In this document: positions 25,877 through 37,439 of the stretch, one piece after another
Layout: each line of letters opens with the position of its first letter
Numbering within the stretch: the stretch's first letter is position 1
Assembly: GCF_902713615.1 (NCBI RefSeq)
Contig: NC_052164.1
Coordinates: 92,673,377-92,737,376 of the forward strand
DNA length: 64,000 bases
From: Scyliorhinus canicula
Taxonomy: Eukaryota
Reading direction: 5' to 3'
The notes under the pieces: model-generated
Told to the model about the DNA's origin: nothing
The model's database searches: none
The model's input: only the letters and a program-made list of their open reading frames with translations
Position numbers and translations under genes: made by a program

Positions 25877-26103
25877 TTTTCTTCATAAATTTAGAGTACC
25901 CAATTCATTTTTGCCAATTAAGGGGCAATTTAGTGCGGTCAATCCACCTACCCTGCACATCTTTGGTTTGTGGGGGGAGAAACCCACGCAAACACGGGGA
26001 GAATGTGCAAATTCCACACGGACAGTGACCCAGAGCCGGGATTGAACCTGGGATCTCAGCGCCGTGAGGCAGCAATGCTAACCACTGCACCACTGTGCTG
26101 CCC
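25877..26103 (-). mobile_element. V-SINE, short subfamily
   Basis: Reverse complement of the 12480 and 47677 copies; flanking repeat ttgatattctt. Confidence 0.88.
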
Positions 26104-26329
26104 GCTCCTTTGATATTCTTCTTGTTCTTTCTCCATCCCTGACTCAGACTTACTCTCCAGTAAGAGTTAGCACTTCTGCCTTATGATGCACCTTACAGAT
26201 ATATTTGACATCTCTGGAATCATTGCAGTGAATCTATTCCACAAGAAAAATTCAGGGTTTAAAAAAAAGGGCCATTAAAACACATCCCTTTAGTGCATAA
26301 TTCTAGACGTTTCTTCTCGTTACCTAGTT

Positions 26330-26770
26330 CTTGAGTGACAATTGACTAGTTAAATTTGAGCCACACAATGGCACAAATGCTAGTCAGTGACCAGCTCCAG
26401 CAACTGAGTCTAATCACCTCCCATGGTCAATGGCATTACTATGGTTGAATCTTTCACCCTCAACAACCTGGGGTGCTGCCATCGACAGGAAACCCACCTG
26501 GAGCAGCCACATAACCACCAGATGTGGTTACTTGAGGAGGCCCTGAGCTCACCTCCCAACTTCCCAAAGCCATGCCACCACTTACAAGGAACAAGTCAAG
26601 AGACTGCTGGAATAATCACTTCATGTCTGGAACATCCGGGATGAAGCTGCTGCTTTATCAGCACTCCATCCACCATCTTCAACATCAACTCTCTCCACCA
26701 CTGCCTGCAGTTTTTACTATCTTCAGGATGCAATGAAGCAACTCACCAACCCTTCTCAACCAGCATCTCT
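26330..26770 (+). mobile_element. Old LINE 3' fragment
   Basis: Reverse-complement similarity to the LINE at 27120-28120 and 38975-39720. Confidence 0.55.
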
Positions 26771-27119
26771 AATGTCAACACAACTATGGATAGTGAGAAA
26801 AGGTGTAACTTTGCTATCACAGCACGTGACTACATTTTAATAACCCCATTGTTTTTGTCTCCATTAATCTGGTTGACAATTATTCCAAACTTTCATCACA
26901 ATTTAATAAAAATGTTTATCCTACAATTTATTTCAAATTTATCTTTCACTCATCTGTAATTACAACTTGCTTTTTTTTTACTGGTTCAGTCCCTTGGTTA
27001 TCCATAGTTTTTTGTTCCATTCTTGTGCTATGGATGTTATAAACAAGGCCAGCATTTATTGACCATCCCCTTGAGAAAATGGCGGGCATTCTTTTTGAAC
27101 CGCTACAATCTGTACTTTT

Positions 27120-28340
27120 TTTAATTGATTCACGGAATGTGGGCATCGCTGGCTAGGCCAGCATTTATTGCCCATCCCTAATTGCCCTTGAGAAGCTGGT
27201 GGTGAGCTGCCTTCTAGAGCCGCTGCAGTCCCCCGAGATGTAGATACATCCACTACTGTTAGGGAGGGAGTTCTAGGATTTTGATGCAACGACAGTGAAG
27301 GAACAATGATATATTTCCAAGTCTGATGGTGAGTGACTTGGAGGGGAACCTCCAGGTGGTGGGTATCTGCTGCTCTTGTCCTTCTGGATGATAGTGGTCA
27401 TGGCTTTGGTAGGTGCTGTTTACCCATCCACCATCCTAAACATCCGCAGCTTCAACCTGGATGTTCCAGACATGAAGTGATTATTCCAACGGTCTCTTGA
27501 CTTGTGCCTTGTAAGTGATGGTGTGGCTTTGGGAAGTTGGGAGGTGAGCTCAGGGTCTGTTCAAATAACCACATCTGGTGGTTATGTGGCTGGTCCAGGT
27601 GAATTCCCTGTTGATGGTCGCACCCCAGGTTGTTGATGGTAAAAGATGGTAAATTCCTGCATTGTGTCGATGGCGCACATGGCTTCCACTGTTTGTTGGT
27701 GGTGGAAGGAGTGAATATTTGTGGAAGGGGTGCCAATCAAGTGGGCTGCTTTGACCTGGATGACATTGAGCTTCTTAAATGTTGATGAAGCTGCATTCAC
27801 CCAGGCAAGTGGAAGGTATTCCATCACGTCCCTGACTTGTGCCTCGTAGATGGTGGTCATGCTTTGGGGCATCAAGAGATGAGACACTCACCACAGGATT
27901 CCTGTACTCTGACCTCCTCTTGTAGCCACAGTATTTATATAGCTAGTCCAGTTCAATTTCTGGTAACCCTCAGGATGTTAATGTGGGAGATTCAGCGTTG
28001 GTAATGCCATTGAGTATCAAGGGACAATGGTTAGATTCTCTCTTGTTGGAGATGGTCATTGCCTGGTATTTGCGTGGCATGAATGTTACTTGCCACTTGT
28101 CAGTCCAAGCCTGGATGGTGAAGCCACTCCCGCAGTGCTTTTAGGTTAGGAATTCCAGGATCTTAATACGTGGCGTTAATGGAATGCCCAAATCAGGCTG
28201 GAATGTGACTTGGAGGGAACTGGAGGGGATAATTCTTCCCATGCACCTGTTGTTCTTGTCCTTGTAATTGTTGGAAGTCTTAGAGTTGGGAGGTGCTGTT
28301 GAAAAAACCTTGGGAAATTCCTGCAGTGCATTCTGTAGAT
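27120..28340 (-). mobile_element. LINE (CR1/L2 group) 3' fragments
   Basis: Minus ORF TIYEAQVRDVMEYLPLAW...KKLNVIQVKAAHLIG; same family as 38975-39720. Confidence 0.75.
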
Positions 28341-29529
28341 AGTGCGTGCTGATGATACAAGAAGTTGATATTTACTTTAATCTATGCAGTATATTCTACA
28401 AGTTTACACTCCCTGTGCAGTGCTTCACACGTTAGTCTATCAGGAATTCTGGCATAGGGATCAGCAACACTAGATGATTTTCTTCTGAGCCTGAATGCCT
28501 GTTATGCACTTTCACTGCATAAAATTCTATATTTGGAACACTAACTCAATCTAGAATCATAAGTTCAAGAGTCTTATATTATTAGACAACCTTATTTTAG
28601 CTGATGGGGAAAAAAATTTCAATTTTAGTAGCGAAAATAAAAACACTCCCGTTCTCACCAGGAAGTAATTTTAAGAAAAAAAAGTAGCGACTGTCTTTAA
28701 CATGTCTGCACAACTTTTGTGCATGCAAGCTTTCGTTGTTTTGGGTTTTATTTTACTTTTTATTTGTTCTTGGGAAGTGGGTGTTGCTGGCATTTATTGC
28801 CCATCCCTAAATGCCCTTGAACTGAGTGGGCAGTTTCAGTGGGGGGCAGTTAAGAGTCAACCATATCGCTGTGTGGGTCTGGAGTCACATGTAAGCCAGA
28901 CCGGGTAAGGACGGCAGATTTCCTTCCCTGAAGGACATTAGTGAACCAGATGGGTTTTTATGACAATCGGCAACGGTTTCATCGTCATCGTTAGACTTTT
29001 AATTCAAGACTTTTTTAAACTGAATTCAAATTTCACCATTTGCCGTGGTGGGATTTGAACCCAGGACCCCAGAGCTTTACCAGGGGTCTCTGGACTACTT
29101 GTCCATTGACGTTACCACTACACCACTGCCTCCCCTATTAGACATAGAACACTCACAACAGATTGTTAAAGAGTTCAAATAATCTTACTCCAGATTTGCG
29201 GGGAAATAGCAGTATTTATATTGTTAATTACAGGTTGTAATATCTGACGAGTTACGAAGGACAAAAGTGTTCTCTTCCAGCCATAACGGTTGAGGCTTAA
29301 ATTTAATGACCAATTGACCAGATTTTCACCCTGACCTAGCACATTTTGGCCCGTGACTAATCATGTACTGCACTGAATGAGATACCAATGCCATAGTGTT
29401 GAGCTGTAGAAATTCATGATCCCAGTTCTGGTCAGTCACTTTATCATCTTCCTAATATCGATGACAAGAAAACAGCCGTGGAATGTGCCATTCATTCTTT
29501 TCTAAGTACATGCACTCTATCTCTTGCAG

Positions 29530-29652
29530 TTGAGACTGGACAAGGATAAATTTACAATTCACCTTGATGTTAAACATTTCACTCCTGAAGAACTCCGAGT
29601 CAAAATTCTGGGTGACTTTGTTGAAATCCAAGCCCTGCATGAAGAACGTCAG
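29530..29652 (+). CDS. CRYAB: Alpha-crystallin B chain, exon 2
   Basis: Acceptor ttgcag; [41 protein letters not shown]; GT donor; 123 nt, phase 0/0. Confidence 0.98.
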
Positions 29653-30989
29653 GTACATCTTATCTTTTTTCCTACTTTCGTTCAATCGTAGACTTGCCCT
29701 GTGTTTGCAGTCACTTTCGTCAGGTGGGAGTGCTTGACCGAGTATCGCTGGTCTAGTGCAAATTAATGGAGTCACGGTTTGGGTGAGGGAAGAGTTAATT
29801 AAATGCCTATTCTTTCTCAAAGTGCTAATTTGGCTGGGAGCTGAAACTGCATTGGCTGACAGTTAAAGATCTCATTCCTTGTTGAGGATTGAAAACCAAG
29901 CAATAGCCAGATTTTAAAATCACCTGAAGGGACACAAACTAAATCAGGCCCATAAAATTTTGCACAAAAGAAAATAATTTGCAATTGTGTAGAATACAGT
30001 TTTTTTTTATTGACGAAATGATTGCAACCAACTTAGTTGACTACGATATTAGAAGAAGTTGCTCAATATGGTATTGGTGCCGGTTCAGTTATCACTGGAG
30101 TAATGTCAGGTGCTTTATCAACACTTCATATTCATTTGTGAAACATTCTCGATTTAATCGGCCAAAATGAAAAACATTGAATTGTGTTAGCATTGGTATT
30201 GAACAAGTCAATTTTTGATTTTGGTAAGTATGGTGCCTGCTAAAAAAGAAATCTTTGTAATAAAGTTGGTTGGCTCCCTGTATTAAATCAGCAGTACCCC
30301 AATGGAGGCCAGTCTAAATTGAGGACTGGAATGTTTTCCCTCCGCTGAAACATAGCAATACAGCACTGTTTTATGCTGAGTTAAGCCATCACATGCCCTT
30401 GCTGTGCAAAATTAAATATAGAATCATTCCTGGAACTCAGTTACAAGACGGTAATATGGTCAAGGACTACAAATAACTTCAAAAATCATGACTGTGAATG
30501 ATTGACCTTTTGTTAGTCTCTGACATTTCATGATTGAATTTTATCCAGGTGACCACGGTGCCAGCATGGGCCATTGCAATGATTATTGGCTAGTTATTTG
30601 ACTGCTATGGGCATGACAGCAGCATCTAATCCAGTCTTCATTCACTGGTCACTGTTGTGCACTTCCAACAGAGATTATTGAATAGAGATCAGGAGCAGGA
30701 ATTTTTTTCCCCATCCCTAACCAAAGATCGCTGAGAGATATTGTGGCGGTGTTAGCACCAAGATCAACCAACTCAACACAAAGCAACGATCCTTCTGGCC
30801 TGTGGGAACTTGCATTTATATAACACCATTCATGTCTTCAAGGCTTTCATAGAGTCAGAGGTCTACAGCACAGGAAAGGCCCTTCGGCCTATCACATCTG
30901 TGCCGGTCAAAAGCAACCACCTAAGTGTTCTAATTCCTAATTCTAATTTCTTTGGCACTTTATATCCAATGAATTACTTTTTTACCCCT

Positions 30990-31160
30990 TTTTGTAAACT
31001 TAAAGTACCCAATTCTTTTTTTTTTCAATTAAGGGGAAATTTAGCGTGGCCAATCAACCTACCCTGCACATCTTTGGGTTGTGGGGGTGAGTCCCACGCA
31101 GACATGGGGAGAATGTGCAAACTCCACATGGACCCGGGACCAGGATCGAACCCGGGTCTT
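30990..31160 (-). mobile_element. V-SINE, short subfamily, partial
   Basis: Family core present on the minus strand. Confidence 0.75.
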
Positions 31161-31554
31161 GACTCGGTGACTAATTAATTACTTTTGAAGTGTAGTTACC
31201 ATTCTAATGCTGGTAAGAGTTGCTGAGCAAGTGTTGTAAATACTGATAAACAGCTGTGTTTTTTTGGGATGATCTGGTTGGTGCACTTAGGAGTCTCAAC
31301 ACTCAAGCAGGTTCCATTGAAACCAAAGCTCTTACTATTGAATGTGACATGTGGCCCAGACATTTATGCAGTATAGGAGCATAACTCTGTGATATTGCCA
31401 GAGTTGTTTACTTTTTCCGCCCACAGTCATTTACCAGTCCTTATGCTCTGACAATGTGTTGGTACAGATTTGAGTATTTGGCAATGTCTCAAAACATATT
31501 TATACAGTTGAAAGGGAAACATTTTGGAATTTTTCAAGGTTCTGAATTGCAAGT

Positions 31555-31760
31555 CATAGAATCATAGAAGCTGCAGTGCAGAAAGAAGCCATTCGGCCAT
31601 CGAGTCTGCACTGGCCCTTGGAAAGAGCATCCCATTTAAGCCCACATCTCCACCCCATCCCCGCAACCCCACCTAACCTTTTTGGACACTAAGGGTAATT
31701 TAGCTTGGCCAATGCACCTAACCTGCACATCTTTGGACTGTGGGAGGAAACCGGAGCACC
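31555..31760 (-). mobile_element. 3' half of a V-SINE, joined to the tRNA-Leu copy
   Basis: gtgctccggtttcctcccacagtccaaagatgtgcagg... through the CR1-like tail. Confidence 0.85.
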
Positions 31761-31774
31761 ACCCAAAAGGAGAA

Positions 31775-31893
31775 TGTCAGGAGTGGGATTTGAACCCACG
31801 CCCCTAGAAAGGGACCAGAAATCACCAGGCTTAAATGAGGCAAGGAAACACACTCCTTGAGTCTGGCACCTTAGACTACACGGCCATCCTGAC
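31775..31893 (-). tRNA. tRNA-Leu(CAA) with an intron of about 36 nt, probably a pseudogene
   Basis: GTCAGGATGGCCGtGTaGTCTAAGGtGCCAGACTCAAG-[intron]-TTCTGGTC...GGCGTGGGTTCaAATCCCACTcCTGACA matches vertebrate Leu-CAA genes; substitutions at conserved D-loop positions. Confidence 0.85.
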
Positions 31894-32134
31894 AAGTTGC
31901 GACAATTCTACAATTCTAGTACAAACACCAGCCTTAGTATAAAATGCTAGTAGTAAATTCTTAGCATTAAGATGGCTGAAAACATTAGTCCATGGCAAAT
32001 TCATATATTACTACTCCTAGACAATTCCAAACATTTTCTAGTAACTTCTGACACGCCACTTGGGAGGGGGTTACTTAAAGGGGACAAGGGAACACTTTGA
32101 TTCATCCACTTTGTGGCCCTTGAAGCCTTGGGGA

Positions 32135-32221
32135 TGTAGTGATATGTATATATGAAGATATATAAAGTGTTAATGACTACATCACAGTGTGAGACAGCCA
32201 CTAGATGGCAGTACTAGATTC

Positions 32222-32253
<32 letters not shown>

Positions 32254-32555
32254 GTGGACTCAAAGGATCTTGGGTCTCTTTGAAACAGGAGTGTCTAGAC
32301 AGCAGAGTGTTAGAGAGATATAGCATAGTTAGCACATGTAGTTAAATATGGTTAATGCTTATTCTGAATTACTTTATCACCAGTTAAAGTTCTGTAAGAG
32401 TGAACAAACTCAACTCAACATTATTTAATTTGTTATTCAATTAAACCTATTTGCTTTAAGTTGAAGATTGGTAGTTTCTTTTGAATCTCACCATCAGACC
32501 ATTCTGGAAGTGTAAAGCAAAGTGTAACAACATATTACAAACAAGTAATATAACA
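32135..32555 (+). mobile_element. Probable solo LTR containing a (TA)n run and a CTCF-like motif
   Basis: TGTAGTG start and ...AACA end with LTR-like composition; no convincing TSD, so boundaries are uncertain. Confidence 0.45.
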
Positions 32556-32756
32556 GAGGGCACTGTCCGAACTCCATCAATGATGGATATGAAATTCAAT
32601 TTGAGAGACTTGGAATGTTGCCTCATAGTTTACTTGTCCCTTTTTTTAAAAAAAAGTTCAAAAGAGAAAATTGAATACTTCCGTTTGGAAAATCCTTAGA
32701 ACAGTTTATTGACCATCACTTTTGACACTCATTTGATCAAATCTTTTATTCTGTAG

Positions 32757-32960
32757 GATGAACATGGCTACGTCTCGAGAGAATTTCACCGGAAGTACAA
32801 GGTCCCAGCAGGGGTTGATCCAACTCTGATCACCTGCTCCCTGTCTGCAGATGGAATTCTGACGATCTCTGGTCCCAGAAAGGTTGCTGATGTTCCTGAG
32901 CGATCTGTGCCCATCTCCCGTGAGGAAAAGCCTGCAGTCGCTGGACCTCAGCAGAAGTAG
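32757..32960 (+). CDS. CRYAB: Alpha-crystallin B chain, exon 3
   Basis: Acceptor ctgtag; [22 protein letters not shown]...[21 protein letters not shown]; total 177 aa; AATAAA at about 33082 and 33124. Confidence 0.98.
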   Translation, partial: DEHGYVSREFHRKYKVPAGVDPTLITCSLSADGILTISGPRKVADVPERSVPISREEKPAVAGPQQK

Positions 32961-33809
32961 ATATTTTCCGTTCAGTTCAGTGCGAATTGACTCCAAGCCA
33001 TTAAAGTATTGGATTTTGCTTTAAATGTAACATTTTTGTATTGCTATATAATCACACATTCCTTCAAATTTGTTAGCCTGCAATAAACATTTACCTTTAC
33101 TGCCTTAGTGAAACTTCCATTTAAATAAAGTCATCTATATGAATAAGCCATCACGTTGTTCCTGTTTTTCTGTTATAGTCTTTGTCTTTACTGGTTTGTA
33201 AAATGCTCAATGTTACAATGCAAAATTACATTTTCTACATTAACCTCATGTACATACATTGTTCATCGAATAGCGCAAAAGGGTATAATTGAGGTAATTT
33301 ACCATAATCATTTTCTATCAATGATTATAAAACATATCCCAGAAAATGAATTTCAAGGGTGCATTCCATCACTACAAGATGTAGCCATTAATAGGAATAC
33401 ATGAGCTCCATCAACAAAAAATATCAGATAATAAAAGCTATATAATGTGGATGCTGGAAATCTTAAAATATCAGGTTCTTGCATTTTAGTGTAATAACAT
33501 ATTTAGTTGTGCAAAATAACTTCCTTTGTTATTTTTGGAGCTGACCATTTTACAAATTATAGCTGCATGTGTGAAAGTTTTATTCCATCACATTGAATTT
33601 CATAAAGAATGCAGAAACCAAGGTCCAATTGTCTGAAAAGTGATATCGTGTGCTGACTGAGCAATCGTTGGTGAGATAGTGGGCATGTACTTAAATCTGA
33701 TTGTAATGATTAGTTGGTATATTGCACAGGGTTTTTGAATGTTGGCAAAGAGACCACTGGAAATGTAGAGCAACTGGTCTCGTGCAGTCAGAGACAGGAA
33801 ATGAGAATT

Positions 33810-35020
33810 GGGCAGCACGGTAGCACAGTGGTTAGCACTGTTGCTTCACAGTGCCATGGTCCCAGGTTCGACTCCCGGCTTGGGTCACTGTCTGTGTGGA
33901 GTCTGCATGTTCTCCCCGTGTCTGCGTGGGTTTCCTCCGGGTGCTCCGGTTTTCTCCCACAAGTCCCGAAAGACGTGCTTGTTAGGTGAATTGGACGTTC
34001 TGAATTCTCCCTCTGAATACCCACAGGCACCAGAGTGTGGCGATTAGGGGCTTTTCACAGTAACTTCATTGCAGTGTTAATGTAAGCCTACTTGTGACAA
34101 TAAAGATAAAGATTAGTAGAATTGCTGAAGTCAGAGGGGAAAATGAATGGTGTAAATTAAAACTAGTCTGTGCTTTCAGAACTAAAAACATGCAAGAGCC
34201 TCAGCCTTGTTCACCCACCTTATCCCTTTTCAGATAACTACTTACAGCTTTTTCTGTTCTTATTTGAGATTTCCAGCATTCAGTTTTAACTACTTTTAAG
34301 ATAAATCAATATCTCACAAATGATCTCAGTTCAAATGATACTACCTTAGCCCAGATACATAATAATAATAAGGGCAGCACGGAAGCATTGTGGATAGCAC
34401 AATCGCTTCACAGCTCCAGGGTCCCAGGTTCGATTCCGGCTTGGGTCACTGTCTGTGCGGAGTCTGCACATCCTCCCCGTGTGTGCGTGGGTTTCCTCCG
34501 GGTGCTCCGGTTTCCTCCCACAGTCCAAGGATGTGCGGATTAGGTGGATTGGCCATGATAAATTGCCCTTAGTGTCCAAAATTGCCCTTAGTGTTGGGTG
34601 GGGTTACTGAGTTATGGGGATAGGGTGGAGTTGTTGACCTTGGGTAGGGTGCTCTTTCCAAGAGCTGGTGCAGACTCGATGGGCCGAATGGCCTCCTTCT
34701 GCACTGTAAGTTCTATGTAAATTATATGTGTGTCACAAGTAGGCTTACATTCACACTACAATGAAGTTACTGTGAAAATCCCCCAGTCGCCACACTCCGG
34801 CACCTGTTCAGGTACACAGAGGGGGAATTCAGAATGTCCAATTCACCTAACAAGCACGCCTTTCGTGACTTGAGCGAGGAAACCGGAGCACCCGGAGGAA
34901 ACCCACGCAGACAGGGGGAAATTGTGCCGATTCCACACAGACAGTGATCCAAGCCGAGAATCGAACCTGGGTCCCTAGTGCTGTGAAGCAACAGTGCTAA
35001 CCACTGTGCTACTGTGCCGG
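33810..35020. mobile_element. Cluster of three V-SINEs: 33810-34112(+), 34371-34720(+), 34730-35020(-)
   Basis: Each has the tRNA-derived head and V core; two different tail types are present. Confidence 0.88.
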
Positions 35021-35949
35021 CCCTTATTAGGTCCAGGACTCTCTCCCCTGTCCCTGCGTGTCAGTAGGCCAGTCACAGAACCTATTCATTGCCTTCAATA
35101 TCATCGGTAATAGAAGCAGGAGTAGGTCACCCAGACCCTCAAGCTTACCCTCCCAGCTGAACGTGGATGGATGGTGAACCAACAGCAGAGAACTACAGCA
35201 GAGTTTGCTACACATCTCTTATTGTAGCCTTAGCAAGAATGCACAGCTCTTCGTGATATATAGGTTTAACATTAACAAAATAATTTAACTCACAACCTTC
35301 AGTTATGATCACTGTTAAAATATATACATACATTTTCGCCAATGAATTATAACTTCAAGCTTTGAAGCAGGGAAATTTAGTCCAGTTTTACTGCATAACA
35401 TCCTCAACAACAATCAGGCAAATTGTTAGCTTCTGATTCGTTTAACATCAGAACTTTAGTTTAAAGCGATCAATAATCCGAGTTACCAAATCTCCACGGT
35501 AATGGTAAATTTATGTTTTATGCAATTTTCTATGATGGATTATGAATCTCTTTATCCCATTCATGGCAGGAACACAAATGCAAACATCTTTGAAACAGGT
35601 GGAATTTATGAAGTAACCCACTCCTGTTGCAGATTATTTAACTCACTGTTTCCTGCTCAAAATATGTAATAGTCTGACACTTCTTAGTGGATTGTGTTCC
35701 TCATTCCATCACTCCACATCATTCCCTTATACGGTCACAACTTGTTCCTGACGGTTGTCATGGGCTCAGTCACAAATTGTTTACATAGTAAATAAATCTC
35801 ATACGTCAGCACATAAGGTATATCATTCCCTGTTTATTAATGAGCCATTTCAGTCCACTCTTCAGAGAAAAACCCGAAAGATCTCTTTTTATTCTCTTGC
35901 AGTTTTTCTCCTTCTGGTCCTTCACTGATCACGTGAACAAGTTCACGGT

Positions 35950-36383
35950 TCAAGGAATGGAAGGCGCGCAACAAGCAGCCAGGTCTGGTCCTGAAGGAGC
36001 TACTGTAGACCTGCAGGGTTCACAAAACCTTGCTGTGCACAGTCCTAAAGGATACTTTGTAGGGAGATGATATCCACAAAATCCGGGAACTTCCCACGTC
36101 TGGCTTTTCATCGCATCTGTCAGTGAGCTGGGATTTAGAGGGATGTAGGAGCCACATAACTCATACTTCTCTGCAGTCTCCTCTGCATCTGATGGAGCAG
36201 GGGGTCCACAATACTGTAGCTGCTCGTTTTTCTCAGTGTTCAAGTCGGTGCAGGAGGGAGGGTTTAACAGGAGTGCAGGATCCAGGTAGTCCAGCATATA
36301 ACAGCTCTTTGCGAATGTTTTGGTATGAGGAGGGTCCAATTCTGGTTGGTGTGTGGGATAAACATGAGGCTCCGTTCTAAAAT
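35950..36383 (-). CDS. CFAP68: Cilia- and flagella-associated protein 68 (C11orf1), last exon
   Basis: Acceptor cctccag; FRTEPHVYPTHQPELDPP...KSCYMLDY resembles human FKREPHWFPGHQPELDPP...KSTYMNSY; reading frame open to TGA at 35950. Confidence 0.9.
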
Positions 36384-36792
36384 CTGGAGGAAAGAATCGT
36401 TTGACACACAGCGGGGTTAAACGTTTCTTTCGTGTTAACCTATTTTTGTCATACATTCCTCAGTAAGGAAAGGTTCAGCATTGCAAAGTATAATTGCAGA
36501 CATACAGAGAAGAATATAGCTGACAGTACCTCACATGTACCTCTTAAATCACATAATCTGAACGACCTCAAAGATTGAAATTCAGTGCCTCACATATATA
36601 AATAAATGGGGATGGGGTGGGGAAATTGATTTGGAGAGCCAAGTTAAAGAGTTATATCACTAATTAAGGCACTGAGATCTGTGGACTTCCACTGATATCT
36701 TCAGCACCTTCTAAGTTCTGAAATCAATGCTTCTTCAAATGGAGTAAGAAGTCTTACAACACCAGATTAAAGTCCAACAGGTTTGTTTCAAA

Positions 36793-36827
36793 CACGAGCT
36801 TTCGGAGCACTGCTCCTTCCTCAGGTG
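36793..36827 (-). ncRNA. Minimal hammerhead ribozyme motif (minus-strand copy)
   Basis: Exact reverse complement of 37111-37145. Confidence 0.65.
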
Positions 36828-37110
36828 AATGGAGAGGTATGTTCCAGAAACATTTATATAGACAAAGTCAGAGATGCCAGACAATGCTTGGAATGCGAGC
36901 ATTTGCGGGTAATCAAATCGTTACAGATCCAGAGATAGGTGGTGATCCCTGGTTAAAGAGGTGTGAATCTTTAACCTGGGATCACCCCCCCCCCCCCCCT
37001 TATCTCTAGATCTGTAACGATTTGATTACCCGCAAATGCTCGCATTCCAAGCATTGTGTGGCATCTCTGACTTTGTCTATATAAATGTTTCTGGAACATA
37101 CCTCTCCATT

Positions 37111-37145
37111 CACCTGAGGAAGGAGCAGTGCTCCGAAAGCTCGTG
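37111..37145 (+). ncRNA. Minimal type I hammerhead ribozyme motif
   Basis: CAC-CUGAGGA-A-GGAGC agu GCUCC-GAAA-GC-UC-GUG: core CUGANGA and GAAA, 5-bp stem II, palindromic AGCU stem III, short CAC/GUG stem I. Confidence 0.65.
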
Positions 37146-37439
37146 TTTGAAACAAACCTGTTGGACTTTAACCTGGTGTTGTAAGACTGCTTACTGTGCT
37201 CACCCCAGTCCAACGCCGGCATCTCCACATCAGGTCTTCAAATGGACCCATGGCATAAGCTTTTGGTTTAATACCTAATTCAGCCTTGTGGGGCCATTAT
37301 TGTTTTGCATAAATAGTTCAGTTTGTAGGTACTATTTGTTGCATCAGTTCTCAACACCAATCTTTCTCTAATCCTCTATAATTTGTCTTAACTCCCTTAT
37401 TCGTTCAGATTTATTTAGTTGATATCATTCAACCAATTA

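Larger units (their letters stand above)
36744..37234. mobile_element. Penelope-like element pseudo-LTRs in inverted arrangement
   Basis: Inverted arms about 36743-36959 and 36968-37195 with an 8-nt loop; flanking 12-bp direct repeat TCTTCAAATGGA; hammerhead motif in each arm. Confidence 0.8.

Noticed and set aside
36384-36456. MYDKNRL... start of the 168-aa ORF
   Set aside because: Intronic; the acceptor at 36384-36385 and two upstream exons give the homologous protein.
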